DNA of 64,000 nt, taken from NCBI GenBank assembly GCA_048128005.1, contig JBEUKZ010000036.1:434001-498000 (forward strand), given 5' to 3'. Below are positions 20,468-34,797 of the stretch, piece after piece. How positions within the stretch are numbered: the first letter of the stretch is position 1; each line of letters starts with the position of its first letter. The DNA is from Veleropilina oligotropha (lineage: Eukaryota). The notes beneath the pieces are model-generated. The model was given only the letters and a program-made list of their open reading frames with translations. It had not been told where the DNA came from and ran no database searches. Position numbers and translations under genes: made by a program.

Positions 20468-22067
20468 CAGGGTTAGCGCTGCCATGCGCCAGCGTCGCAA
20501 ATTGCGAATTTGAAGTACGATTGGCGAATGTAAAATCCGATTTGCGAATTTGCTGGCGAATGTCATTTTTAATAAAATATTTACCACCCAAATCATTGTT
20601 GTTACATAATCCCTTTAATTGATTGGTTTAATTACCTTACAGCTTATCAATTAGCAATGCTGTTTCAGCTAATCCCTTTCAGAAAATAGTCAACAATCGC
20701 GAAACAACACTGGCGCATGAACGCTTATTTGTCTATTGCGACATTCATTGTTTAACCAGTACGTCGCTTGGCCGAGTGACTAGTAGCTTATTTACTCAAT
20801 ATGGGGAACAGTGCACTAATTGAAGTCATAAAGATGTCCACAAGTTCTTTATTTGTATAAACATTCAATTCTGTTCAGTTAAAAGTTTTTGTCTCTGCAG
20901 GCGGCCACCGTAAACGGAACAGCGAATTAAATAAAGTTATTATAACCCTGAACCAAAGTGGATTTGTTAATGCATCCTAGTTAATATTTATTTCGAAAGT
21001 TATATATCTAATTATTTTAACAAAATGAAAACTTTAAATTCAGAATACAAAAAAATATACCAACTTTTAACATTTCTTACTCAAATCGAAAAAATGCGAT
21101 ACTCATCGATAAGGTACATCCGGGTACTTTTATCAATTTTAATGGCGTCCAACCGAGCAGAAAGCTGAATTATTTGAACGTCATTTACAATTTTTCTTCT
21201 AATAAAAGCCGTATTTTGATGTTTTAATATCGGATATCGATATCACGTAGGTATTGGATAATTATCGCTTAATAAACCATATATTCTAGCATAAAAATCT
21301 CAATGTGGCAATGTCATAGCCGGTTTGGAGTGCACGCACGTCGCACAATTAAGTCAACACTATCCCAATCCATGTGCGAAAATTACAAAAACGCATTTAT
21401 TGAATTCGTAATTACTTTTTTCTGTTGCAAACTTTAGTAAAATGCAATTCGATAGTGAACAGTTGAACAATAGTTAGACTTCCGAAACTATTATCGTAAA
21501 ATAAATACATGCAAGTTAAACGTTTTAACAAAGGAGTTACAGTTAACGTTGTTTTATGTCATGGCGAGTTGTGTTTCATAATGATTTCTTGAGAAGATAA
21601 ATTGTTCATTGAAATTATGCTGGCTGAAGTAAACTAAACTTCTCATTTTCTGACATCACATGGGGCATTGATTGCTGATGGTGTTTAAAAGCAGCAAGAC
21701 CACAAAGCAGAGATCACTGGTTCAATTCCAAAGTTGAAATTGGTCGGAGCATTTTTCATGAACCATATATATAGTCTGTCATGGCATTCACTGTACACTG
21801 CATACATATATATCGGAATTAATTCTGGTCATAAGTCAATATTTAATTTTTTTCAAAATAATTGTTGATATATGGTCGTTAATCATCATTTCACATTTTC
21901 ACCAATTATTGATTGATTAAAATCAACAGAAAAGTAAGAAATATATATAGATATAAACACTACATGTTATTTCCATTCTTCAACACCTATACATACATCA
22001 CTACATACACAGACAACTGAAACAAATGGCATTGGCGAATTTGAATCAGAAGCCAGTGCTAACCCTG
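20468..22067. mobile_element. Non-autonomous hAT-like DNA transposon, 5-bp TSD CATGT
   Basis: TIR CAGGGTTAGCGCTG / CAGTGCTAACCCTG; CATGT at 20463-20467 and 22068-22072; subterminal GCGAAT repeats. Confidence 0.82.
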
Positions 22068-22625
22068 CATGTGCAAACGCCACCTTGATACGGATTATTG
22101 ACGAATACGTTTCCATTATTAATGATTTAATAAAACATTGTTTGAAGTTGTGTGCTCACGGCCATCGACAAGGAGTGTATTCTCTGAACTATTCAACGCT
22201 ATCGAGTAGTTTATCCCATACCTAAACCATAGTATTCCCCGACACTTTCGTTTTGGTGGATACAATTATAATTGAAAATTCAAAAGATGAAATACACTTT
22301 CCATAAAATATTGATAAAATAAAAGAGTGAGTAAATTTTTTTAGAATATTAATTGATATTACGTCCAAGTCTCAAATTGTGGAAAAAATGTTCAAAGGAC
22401 ACTATAAAGTACAATGAGAATTATAAATGCGCATTTTTACCAATAACGGTTACTACAGATGTCGCACACGTTTGATGTCAACAAACAATTTACAATCAAA
22501 CCACTCTTTTCAAATGTAACACGATACATGTATTGAAATACCATGAGAAGAATACATACAATGTTAGTACGGAAAAATCTAGACATCATGGCCATTGATT
22601 CGTTGATATCATTAAACACACGCAC

Positions 22626-22772
22626 CTGAGAAACATTGCCTGAGCCGGTGAACACAAACGTCAGAGGTCCCAGTGACTTTGGTAGTCGTCCGAGTGAGAT
22701 CTCATACCCAGCATCTCGGATCGCGCGCCTCGCCTGTTCGCTGTTCCTGTAGTTGTGGCTAGGACCAATATT
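22626..22772 (-). CDS. AASS: AASS coding exon 4 ([49 protein letters not shown])
   Basis: tttag / gtgcgt, 147 nt; [11 protein letters not shown] nucleotide-binding motif. Confidence 0.96.
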
Positions 22773-23100
22773 CTAAAAATATGCATGTGAATTTAAGGTT
22801 AAGGACCATCTACAGATCATGCTGAACAACCAATGAATTTACCATGTCAATTCGGTTATTCCGCTAGCCGACAGGAAAAGAGCGAGGACTATGATCCACT
22901 CGCTTGACTGCTCTGTCTAATAGGAGTGAGGTCGAGTCCGCGGTAGGGCACTTTACGGTTTTTGGAGGTTGTCTAGATTTTTCCTTCATGATAATATGAA
23001 TACGTGCTGTAAGGTTGTTACAATGGGACATTAAGCATCAATTCAAACAAAACACTCCATTGCAGGATTCAAATGTTTAATTTAATTTAACTTCTAGGCA

Positions 23101-23882
23101 GAATCACCATGAAGAAGGTGTGGTGGCCCAAGGGAAGTAAGCACAGAGTTATCTCACCATGAAGGTGTGGTGGCCCATCGGCAGTATACACAGAGTTATC
23201 TCACCATGAAGGTGTGGCGGCCACTGGGAAGTAGGCACAGAGTTATCTCACCATGAAGGTGTGGTGGCCCATGGGCAGTAAGCACAGAGTTATCTCATCA
23301 TGAAGGTGTTGTGGCCCATCGGCAGTATACACAGAGTTATCTCACCATGAAGGTGTGGCGGCCACTGGGAAGTAGGCACAGAGTTATCTCACCATGAAGG
23401 TGTGGTGGCCCATGGGCAGTAAGCACAGAGTTATCTCATCATGAAGGTGTTGTGGCCCATCGGCAGTATGCACAGAGTTATCTCACCATGAAGGTGTGCT
23501 GGCCCATGGGCAGTAGGCACAGAGTTATCTCACCATGAAGGTGTGGCGGCCAATGGGAAGTAGGCACAGAGTTATCTCACCATGAAGGAGGTGTGGTTGT
23601 CCAGGGGCAGTAGGCACAGAGTTATCTCACCATGAAGGAGGTGTGGTGGCCCAGGGCCTGCATGCACAGAGTTATTGCACCATGAAGGTGTGGCGGCCCA
23701 TGGGCAGTAGGCACAGAGTTATCTCACCATGAAGGAAGTGTGGAAACCCATGGGCAATAGGCGCAGAGTTATCTCACCATGAAGGAGGGTATGAGAGTTA
23801 TCTCAACATGTAGGAAGTGTGGGGGACAATATCCACAGAGTTATCTCACCATGAAAGAGGTGTGGTGGCCCAGGGCCAGTAG
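23101..23882. repeat. 47-50 bp minisatellite made of AASS exon-3 end plus GTGAG donor
   Basis: About 15 units GCACAGAGTTATCTCACCATGAAGGTGTGGTGGCCCA...; the last unit is the real exon end. Confidence 0.95.
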
Positions 23883-24002
23883 CCGCAGACCAAGGCCATG
23901 CAGAATGTTGATCATCCCAGCGACACCGGCGTATTTCCCGAACGCAACCACGCGCTGACCGGTGTTGTCCACCATCTTCTCGTAATCGATCAGGCGGATA
24001 TT
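23850..24002 (-). CDS. AASS: AASS coding exon 3 ([51 protein letters not shown])
   Basis: ctcag / gtgaga, 153 nt; hallmark LKR sequence. Confidence 0.97.
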
Positions 24003-24131
24003 CTGAGCAATTAAAACGACAGAATAAAGTCATTTCCATCAAGAAAGACATCAATTCACTTAGCAAAACAACCAAGATATGTTAAGTGGATTATAAGATA
24101 ATTTCCGGAACAGACAAATTTGATGCCATAC

Positions 24132-24308
24132 CTTTTCCAGCAGCGCGTCTAACAGTGGCATGTTCGCCTCCTGGGCCTTGATCGTGTGGGAGAAGAACGC
24201 ATACGTCTTGTTTGGCATCAGCGTATCGATGGGGACCTGCTTCACCCCGATGATGAATGACGCCTCGCTCAGGTCTTCCTGGACAATGGCGCCTTGCTTT
24301 GCATAATC
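24132..24308 (-). CDS. AASS: AASS coding exon 2 ([16 protein letters not shown]...[22 protein letters not shown])
   Basis: tttag / gtatgg, 177 nt; FFSHTIKAQ motif. Confidence 0.97.
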
Positions 24309-24563
24309 CTAAAATAGACAATTTGGACACGATATTTATATTGATACCAGGTCCAAAGTGTCATAAAAAAGTAGGCAGTGTGGTGGATAAACATTTGAAA
24401 GAATGGGTTCGAATCCTGGGCATTCATTGTACATTTTACAACCACTTTAATATGCAAAGAAAATAAACATCTCGAGTGATGTTTGTTAAATTATCTGTCC
24501 GCAAAATATTATTGAAATTAATACATCAAACTTCACGTTACCATAAACGTTGATGGTTCTCAC

Positions 24564-24788
24564 CTGCATGGGGTAGGCCCGTCGGTTGGATAGCTGCACG
24601 ATGACCTTGACCCCCTTCTTCACCAGCTTCCGTACGTGGGCCGGGGACAGTGGCGCCCTCCGTTCCCACACGTTAACATCCTCTCTCCGTATGGCCATAA
24701 CTGGCCGAGCGTCGCTGTACAGCCGCTGAGCATTGTTCAGCTTCACGATCTGGGAACACAGCGACGAAGACTTCATGTGTCGCCACAT
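24564..24788 (-). CDS. AASS: AASS first coding exon: probable mitochondrial transit peptide plus AIRRED..WERRAPL
   Basis: Acceptor ttcag at 24808, ATG at 24788, donor gtgaga; WERRAPLSP motif. Confidence 0.93.
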
Positions 24789-25165
24789 CCTGCCAAACTT
24801 ACAAAATCTGAAATAATGCATGAAATTAATAACGTACAAGGACAAAATAGAACAAACTTGCGACAGGTAAAGATCGTTGCCAGTGCGCATGCCAAGTTTT
24901 ATTACATTATACAAAATTTAAAGTAAATGATTTTAGAGCGCAAACAAGAAATATAGGAAACTGTGGAAATCCGTGATCGCCTATGACGTATATTCGTTCT
25001 GCCAGAATAGGTCACAATGTTCATATATTCAAACGTGTCTTCAGCAACCCATATGCATTCTTTGAAATGCATCGTAACATGTATGAATAAACTCAAATGT
25101 TGTCAGCAGAAAAAGCTAAACAATATGCTCCATCTTTTGGCAAGAATATAAATATTACATATTAA

Positions 25166-25609
25166 AGCGACTATTGCCCGTAAAATAAAATGCGCTCTTT
25201 CTTTTTTAAAAAGGAAACTAACCGCATTACACATTACACATAAAAAGTTAGGAATTTTCAACACTCAACTTTCTTCAGTAATTTGCTACCGTTTAAATTA
25301 ATCGCTACTGAATATATAAAAATAATTAAATGCGGTCCGCGTTTAATTACCTCGCACAGAGTGCATTTCCAATTGACCTAGTTGGAGCACAGTTGCATAG
25401 GTCTCTGCTCGTCAAGTAAGATAGCTTTCTACTTGACAATAACATATATTGCCCAGTTACAATAGCAATTTCAATAAAAGTCTATCATTTGATCGAAAAT
25501 CGATCATATCTTCACGAAATTTGTATCAATCTGTGCGAAACGTGCGATAGAGGGTTATCAGTCATGCTACACAGTCACGAAAAGAGCGCATTTACGGGCA
25601 ATAGTCTCT
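25166..25609. mobile_element. TTAA-flanked MITE (Kolobok-like)
   Basis: TTAA|AGCGACTATTGCCCGTAAA ... TTTACGGGCAATAGTCTCT|TTAA. Confidence 0.8.
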
Positions 25610-26330
25610 TTAATGTACCCTACATTTCAAATTTCATTGTCCAGCATCAAAATTTCTACCCACTCACTACCTGCATAACAACCGATATACTGCAATATAT
25701 ATCTCAATTATTTAGAAATATCAATTATTTTTGCATCAAAACAAAACAATAATCCACATGCCAGACTACTTAAGAGATGGTGGCGATTGTCCCCCACCCG
25801 TATTATTGACCACATATATATTTTTGCCCGCTGTGTATTCAGTAACTCAATGAGAATTCATTAATTAAGCAAGATTTCCTGCCACCAGAGGCTACAGAGA
25901 TAGATATGCACCCAGAGAATAAGTGTAATTACTTAAGTAAATTAAATAATTCTCATTATTAGAACTTGATCCATTCCATTATCACATTGTGGTAACTAGT
26001 TGTTGGTCTGTGAAGTTTCAGAAAGCTAACATTTTTCTAAATGGAAAATTTAGTTGTGAGAAAATTGATAAATTTCATACATGCAGAGACTATGTTTTAA
26101 ATCAGCAAAATTAAGCATTAAATCAAGCCATGAAGGCTTAAAAAATCCCCAATATTTGAACTTGATCTACCCCATGATGGGGTTAGGTGATCTGTAAAGT
26201 TTCAGAAAGCTAGCACCTCTGTAAATGAATTAAGGGCATGTGAGAAACTTGACCACATCAATGCTATCACAGACTATGTATAAAATTGCCAAAAAATCCA
26301 TCAATTTAAAAAAAACATTCCCCATATTCG

Positions 26331-26660
26331 AAAAGGAAAAAGGAAAGGATCAATGCTTATATTGTCATGTATATTTCCAACTTATTTAGGTTCAAACCAG
26401 GATATGTCCGTAATACGCGGGAGGAAAGCTCACCCTCTTGGACCAGTTATGCACAACTGTGAGGGAGGGAGGGAGGGAGGGAGGGAGGGAGGGAGGGAGG
26501 AATGATGCTGAGGAAACCCCGGTCGCCCGGGTAAACCCGCCCTCTTCGGCCAGTCGCGGATATTGTACCGTTTTAACATCTAGGATCGTATGGAATATGT
26601 CCACAATTGTCATCTTTAGGGAGAGAAGCATGGTTATCCGTTTCACCGATGTCGTGCATT
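26331..26660 (-). mobile_element. Probable SINE remnant
   Basis: (GAAAAG)n tail on + strand and a GGAAACCCCGG..CCCGGGTAAACCC motif resembling invertebrate SINE cores; contains (GGGA)n. Confidence 0.4.
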
Positions 26661-26805
26661 CCACTCAGACTCAAGTAGTTGATTGAGAAGGACAATCCTC
26701 CAATAATAATTACCTAAAGTTTACTTTATACATGTGCAGTAAACATGTCAATGGATGGTATGTCTTTACCGGATAATATGAGGGTTATATTATAAAATAG
26801 GAAAA

Positions 26806-27462
26806 ACTAGAACACTCAGTCACGAGTGACCGCATATGTATCCCTGGTAATGACCAGACAGTGTCTAGAGCGATCACAAGGAATTATGCTTTAAAATCCA
26901 TTATTGAGGCCACAGCGGCCATCTTGGAGGCCGGACCACACTCAAATTATCTAGATGCCGTGTCCTCACCCAAACCAATGCACATACCAAATTTGAAAAC
27001 ATTCCGTTAAGAAATGGCCTGTCTAGAGCGATCACGATGAATCTCTCGGCGCCAGCCATCTTGGAGGTCGGACCACACCCAAAATCTCTAGGTGTCGTGT
27101 CCTCACCCAAACAATGCACATGTATACCAAATTACCCCAAATCTATAGGTGTCGTGTCCCACCCCAACCAATGCACATACCAAATTTGAAAACATTCCGA
27201 TATGAAATGGCCTGTCTAGAGCGATCACAAGGAATTATGCTTCAAAATACAAGATGGAGGCCACGTCCCCATCTTGGAGGTCGGACCACACCAAAATTCT
27301 CTAGATGTCGTGTCATCGCCCCAACAAAGCACATACCAAATTTGAACACATTCCGTTAAGATATGGCCTGTCTAGAGCGATCACGAGGAATCTCTCGGCG
27401 GACGTGGCGTAACGGACGCTAAACCATAGTATCCCCGGACACTTTCGTTTCGGGGGATACAA
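26806..27462 (+). mobile_element. HINE-like element with internal tandem repeats; 3' end also present at 17884-17945 and 22220-22265
   Basis: ACTAG start, subterminal GTATCCC / GGGATAC, terminal hairpin GTATCCCCG..CGGGGGATAC. Confidence 0.7.
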
Positions 27463-27506
27463 TAATTTAGTACAAACAAAATGAACATTGGTGAACTGCA
27501 ATCCTG

Positions 27507-28064
27507 GGCCCTGTTTCACAAAAAAACTTACGTGCGATCGCAAGTCTTAAACTTACGACAGTCTTAAGATTATTTTAAGACCTTTCACAAAGGTTGTCAC
27601 AAGGTGTAAATCTTACGACAAAAGTAATATTGTCGTAAGTAACTACTCATCAAGCGAAATGGTTAGAAAAGACCTTAGTTACTTTGAATTGCGCATGTGT
27701 CAAATATTGTTAACGGCGGCACGAACGTTGCATGAAATGTTATAATGCATAATAAAAACGGCAGGATAGAAGGTAAAATCTACTATACTATTTACCTAAA
27801 TTTTAATCTAAAGCCGCCTGCCGTCCAAAAATACCCACTTCGGACATTCCTATTTTCAAAATCTGATGGAATTCCGGTGCATTGTGGGGGGAAAACTGAC
27901 CGAAAGTGGACAATACGTCTGTCGATACCCACACGTAGACTTACGACCGATATCGGTCGTAAGATTATATTTAAGATTTTTTGTGAAACGCACATAGGAT
28001 CGCAAGTTGGACTTACGACAATCTTACGTCTAAGACCGCACGTAAGTTTTTTGTGAGACGGCCC
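27507..28064. mobile_element. PIF/Harbinger-like MITE
   Basis: TIR GGCCCTGTTTCACAAAAAAACTTACGTGCG / CGCACGTAAGTTTTTTGTGAGACGGCCC; CTG on both flanks. Confidence 0.75.
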
Positions 28065-28691
28065 CTGGCATTTATGAAGATTTTTCTCATGCTCCCCTTC
28101 AATGGCATCCATACATACGATAACATTGTTTGTTTCCCATCTCTAAAATTTGCAGTATTTCAGTTTCAACTTTCCGTTATAGACATGTTCAGACAAGGAT
28201 TCAAACCCCGTCTGTGAATGAATTGTGAGCATTTGACAGAGATTATAGAAATTTGGGAACTATTGCTTCAATTGTAAGGCAGTAAGCATGTACATTGATA
28301 ATCCAACTATGATTAATTATTTTTCTACCTTTTCCTAAAAAATAGCAATCCGACTTCCGAGCAAACATTGGATGATTGCCAATTTAGTATAAACAAACAG
28401 TTCGATCATGACCTTATGACCTGTAAATGCGAATTCTGCCATTATTGGGGTGAATGATTGAATTTGTATTTACGAACGTTGGTCATCCAATCATTGTCTG
28501 TTGATCACTGCTCAATATCATCGCACATTTTTAATTGGCATGTGGAGGTCAAGGTCATTTATGCTGATCGGGAAAATGTAGTCAGTAGTGTGATTAATTT
28601 GCGATAAAATTAACACAGAGCAGTTTTACCGAGCATTCGCTAATTTTATAGTATGACAACACTACTTACTTACATTAGTAACAAGCCATAC

Positions 28692-28860
28692 CTTCTATTC
28701 GCCCGTCAATGTAGAGTTAATCCTTGTTTACTTCTTCGACCGAAAAGTAGCAGGTATTTTTACGCGATCTTCAGAAATCCACGTGGTTCGAATATTGACC
28801 AATTAAAATGCCGATATTAGTTCACACCTCTTTTCGGTTGCTTAACGAAACATCAGTCTC
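28692..28860 (-). promoter_or_regulatory. Candidate non-coding first exon / promoter of AASS
   Basis: AAG|GTATGG donor at 28691, CACGTG and CCAAT nearby, locally CpG-richer unique sequence. The first coding exon has an acceptor, so an upstream exon is expected. Confidence 0.3.
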
Positions 28861-29957
28861 TGGTCAAACCCGGACACAGAAATTGTTGACAATAAGTTGC
28901 CGGAGGCAGGATAAATTAATTACGGAAGCCATTTACCGATAGAATGTAGCTCGGATAATACATTAGAAAGCGCAACACCGTGTGGCCAGATAAATATGTT
29001 CCATTGAAAATCTATATGTAGGCCTAGGGCATATAATATTATGTAAATCGCACTATAAACTAGAACTGCGAGCAGTTATATTACGGCTTCCGTTGAAACC
29101 AAATTCATAAGTAACAGGTCATGGACACGTTTGAATGCACCCTAAACTTTGCAAAATTGTATACATCATTTTAGTGCATTTATTAAATAGAATTAAATAG
29201 AATTTGTTTGGGTTTAGAAAGCGCATTACTTCCACTCATATAAAAACCCATTGATCGAGTTGTCTTGTCCTCTATAACCTGCCCTTCTTCTTAAAATGCT
29301 TACTAGGTCAGGGAATGTCAAAGTCAAGTTAATATTAGAAAGCCAACTTAGTCTGTCCTAAATATCCATGGGCAATTTTTACTAATTTTCGATAATTATG
29401 TCATTTTCTGTTATCTAGGTCATCCGAGGTCAAAGGTCAAGGTCTCATTATAAAACTTCCATGGCTTCAAATATGTTGTTACATCATTATTACCCATTTT
29501 TTTAGTAATTAAGTCATTTTCGTATATGTAGGTCGATCATCCCAGGTCAAAGGTCAAGTTCACATTGAAGAGCCCACTTAATATGTCAATAGGCTATTTC
29601 TTACCAATTTTCGTTAATTATGTCATTTTGGGTTATCTAGGTCATCCGAGGTTAACGGTCAATGTCTTATTATAAAACTTTCTTGGCTGAACATATGTTC
29701 ACGAGGACTACATCATTATTACCTGTTTTTTTTAGCAATTAGGTTATTTTAGGGTATCTAGGTCATCCAAGGTCAAGGGTTAAGTTCACTTTAGAAAGCC
29801 CACTTAGTATGTCCTAAATGTCAATAAGCTATTTTTTGACGATTTTCGTTAATTACGTCATTTGGGGATATCTAGGTCATCCGAGGTCAAAGGTCAAGTT
29901 CTCATTATAAAACTTGCATGGCTTCACATATATGTTACTACATCATTATTAGCCATT

Positions 29958-30858
29958 TTTATGTCTTGACCTTTTTGTAAAAAAAGGACAAGACATTATC
30001 AAATGGTCCGTGTGTATATACATATATACTTATTATGTCTTGACCTTTTTGTAAAAAAGGACAAGACATTATCAAATGGTCTGTGTGTATATACATACAT
30101 ACATATATACTTATATACTTATATATATATATATATATCCACTGATTTTCTCGAAAACTACTGAACCAATTAACCTGAAAATTGGTACACACATTCCCAA
30201 GATTATTTGTAGGTCGTGTTTATAACTTTCGCGACATAATTTTGCAAAAATATGCATTTATTAGGCACTTTATGCATATTTGTATATAGCGTATGTCTAC
30301 TATTGCAAGCAAAGAGCAATGACATCATTACGACGTCGCTTTAGATTAATCGTTATTTGGTGACGTCACAATCGACGGGGTAGTAAATTAAGCCATGAAA
30401 GCTTGCACTTATATAGCCATTGTAACGTTATAACTGTTATGAAAATTTGAAGGAAATAAAGAAAGGTCAAGACATATTTTGAACACGTCGTTCTTGTATA
30501 TATATATATCCGTCGATTTATTTGAAAACTACCCGCTCAATTTTCACCAAAATTGGAACACACATTCCCAAGAGTATTTGTAGGTCGTGTATATAACTTC
30601 CGCGACACAAATTTTCAAAAATATGCATTTATTGAGCACTTTTATGCATATTTGTATATAACGGATGTCTAATATTGCAAGCAAATATCAATGACGTCAT
30701 TATGACGTCGCTTTAGATTAATCGTCATTTGGTGACGTCACAATCGACGGGGTAGTAAATTAAGCCATGAAGTACTTGCACTTAGCCATTGTATTAACTG
30801 TTATGAAAATTTGAGGGAAATAAAGAAAGGTCAAGACATATTCCGAACGCATCGTTCT
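29958..30858 (-). mobile_element. Oppositely oriented HINE-like insert with doubled terminal hairpin and ~370-bp internal tandem duplication
   Basis: ATGTCTTGACCTTTTT..AAAAAGGACAAGACAT twice; 30135-30495 similar to 30505-30858. Confidence 0.6.
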
Positions 30859-31470
30859 TGTTTAGTAATTATGTCATTTTTGGCTATCTAGGTCATTCAT
30901 GGTCAAGGTCACCTTATAACGCCCACTTAATATGTCCTAAATGTCCATTGGCTATTAAAATTTTATATACCAATTTTCGTTATTTATGTCATTTATGTGC
31001 GCATGTCCCAATTGATCGGAATAACACCAAATTCAATACGCATCTAGTTTATCCCCTTCTCAACCCCTCCCCCACACACAATCCTACTACAACGATAATT
31101 GTTAGGCCTCTTGCGCTCATCCATTCCGATTTTGATTCCACTAGGATTGTAACTTTTCACTGTAGAACATACACAAGAAATCTCATTGAAATATAATGGA
31201 CAGACAGACAGACGGACGACGTTTCAGCAGGCATATGTCCCTACACGAGCTATCATTGCCAAAACAACATGTACATTATGACACAAAGTATTTCTCACCC
31301 AATACTTAAATCGTGCATACCGTTGGTGGTGGCAGTGTGATAGAGTTAATATGCCGCGTACACATCATTAAATGGCGAAATCGTATCTACGATTTTGCCA
31401 TTTATATTGATCGGTTTTTCTGCTGTTTGTCTGTTTTTTGTTTGTATGTTTGTTTGTTTATATATATATA

Positions 31471-33364
<1,894 letters not shown>

Positions 33365-33467
33365 GTTTCATGAATAAGTCCTGAACTGCGTGTCGAAAGT
33401 GCTCAATACCGTATTCGATAGAGCCAATATAAAGAATGACTGGACACGTTAAAACTTTTGACTCATA

Positions 33468-33524
33468 TTTACTGCATACAGTTCTGTTTCGTATAGGCAG
33501 AACCTACAATCCTCAGTGCATAAA
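33468..33524 (-). ncRNA. Minimal type I hammerhead ribozyme motif (copy A)
   Basis: TTTATGCA CTGAGGA ttgtagg-ttctg-cctatac GAAA cag-aa-ct GTA TGCAgtaaa. Confidence 0.75.
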
Positions 33525-34333
33525 TCAGACTGATCTACAGATAGGCAACGGTAATAAAACGTCATAAGGTTACGTCATATATATAGGATGACGTCATAAA
33601 ATTATTACCTCTAATGTACAAATATAAGTTGATATAAGTCAATGCACATTCCGAATTAATTCATTTGACGCTTCTCAGTAAACATTTATCTTTATGCCTG
33701 CATTTATTGATTAGTTCATTTCGTTTGTTCAACGTTGCTACTCTGGGCTTACATAAAATAATAAATTTCTCTGCTAAACACAAGTTGCATTTCTTAGTAG
33801 TGTTTGAGTAGTGCGGGGCTCGGCATAGTATTTTCCATTTAATTACATAGTTTAATTTACTGTTCTGCAAGTTCCATATATGTTTGCTAAGTTCCGTTGA
33901 GTTGCGTTTCGATTCTGATTTGAATGTAGCCTTGTGGTTCGCTAACCGTGATTTGAAAGAGGTGGCTGTTAATCCGACGTAGGTTTCTTCAACATGTGGA
34001 CATGTGGACATGTAATTAAATGGAAAATACTATGCCGAGCCCCGCACTACTCAAACACTACTAAGAAATGCAACTTGTGTTTAGCAGAGAAATTTATTAT
34101 TTTATGTAAGCCCAGAGTAGCAACGTTGAACAAACGAAATGAACTAATCAATAAATGCAGGCATAAAGATAAATTTTTACTAAGAAGCGTCAAATGAATT
34201 AATTCGGAATGTGCATTGACTTATATCAACTTATATTTGTACATTAGATGTAATAATTTTATGACGTCATCCTATATATATGATGTAACCTTATGACGTT
34301 TTATTACCGTTGCCTATCTGTAGATCACTCTGA

Positions 34334-34394
34334 TTTATGCACTGAGGAGTGTAGGTTCTGCCTATACGAAACAGAACTGTACGTATGCAGTAAA
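34334..34394 (+). ncRNA. Minimal type I hammerhead ribozyme motif (copy B)
   Basis: TTTATGCA CTGAGGA gtgtagg-ttctg-cctatac GAAA cag-aa-ct GTA cgta TGCAgtaaa (4-nt duplication after the cleavage triplet). Confidence 0.7.
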
Positions 34395-34430
34395 TATGAG
34401 TCAAAAGTTTTAACGTGTCCAGTCATTCTT

Positions 34431-34574
<144 letters not shown>

Positions 34575-34797
34575 AAATTCCTGCAATATAGAAGTACTCC
34601 TGACTACATACATTTGGAGAACGTCTCACTGTCAACACGTGGGGAGATCGGGGAATACCATTCAAAATGACGTCACCCAAGGAATTTATCGTGCGATTTC
34701 TCATGCGTTGCGTTAAAACAATGTTCAGAACATTTATTCATCGCAACGGAACGCATCGCATTGGTCATTCGGACGTAGTGTGTGTGTGTGTGTGCTT

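Larger units (their letters stand above)
33365..34430. mobile_element. Penelope-like retroelement 3' fragment arranged as an inverted repeat
   Basis: Minus-strand ORF 33661-34011 is a GIY-YIG endonuclease C-terminus (YVGLT..FKSRL.NH...CNLCLAEK...LNKRNEL); 33431-33848 is the reverse complement of 34011-34430. Confidence 0.88.

Noticed and set aside
23101..23882. CRISPR-like array (conserved block with variable intervening bases)
   Set aside because: The variable parts are variants of one sequence, not unique spacers; the unit derives from the AASS exon end; eukaryotic context with no cas genes
34249..34310. Hairpin with ATGAC in the Penelope 3' UTR as a possible SECIS
   Set aside because: No proper AUGA/GA quartet with apical AA spacing, and no in-frame UGA in the visible ORF
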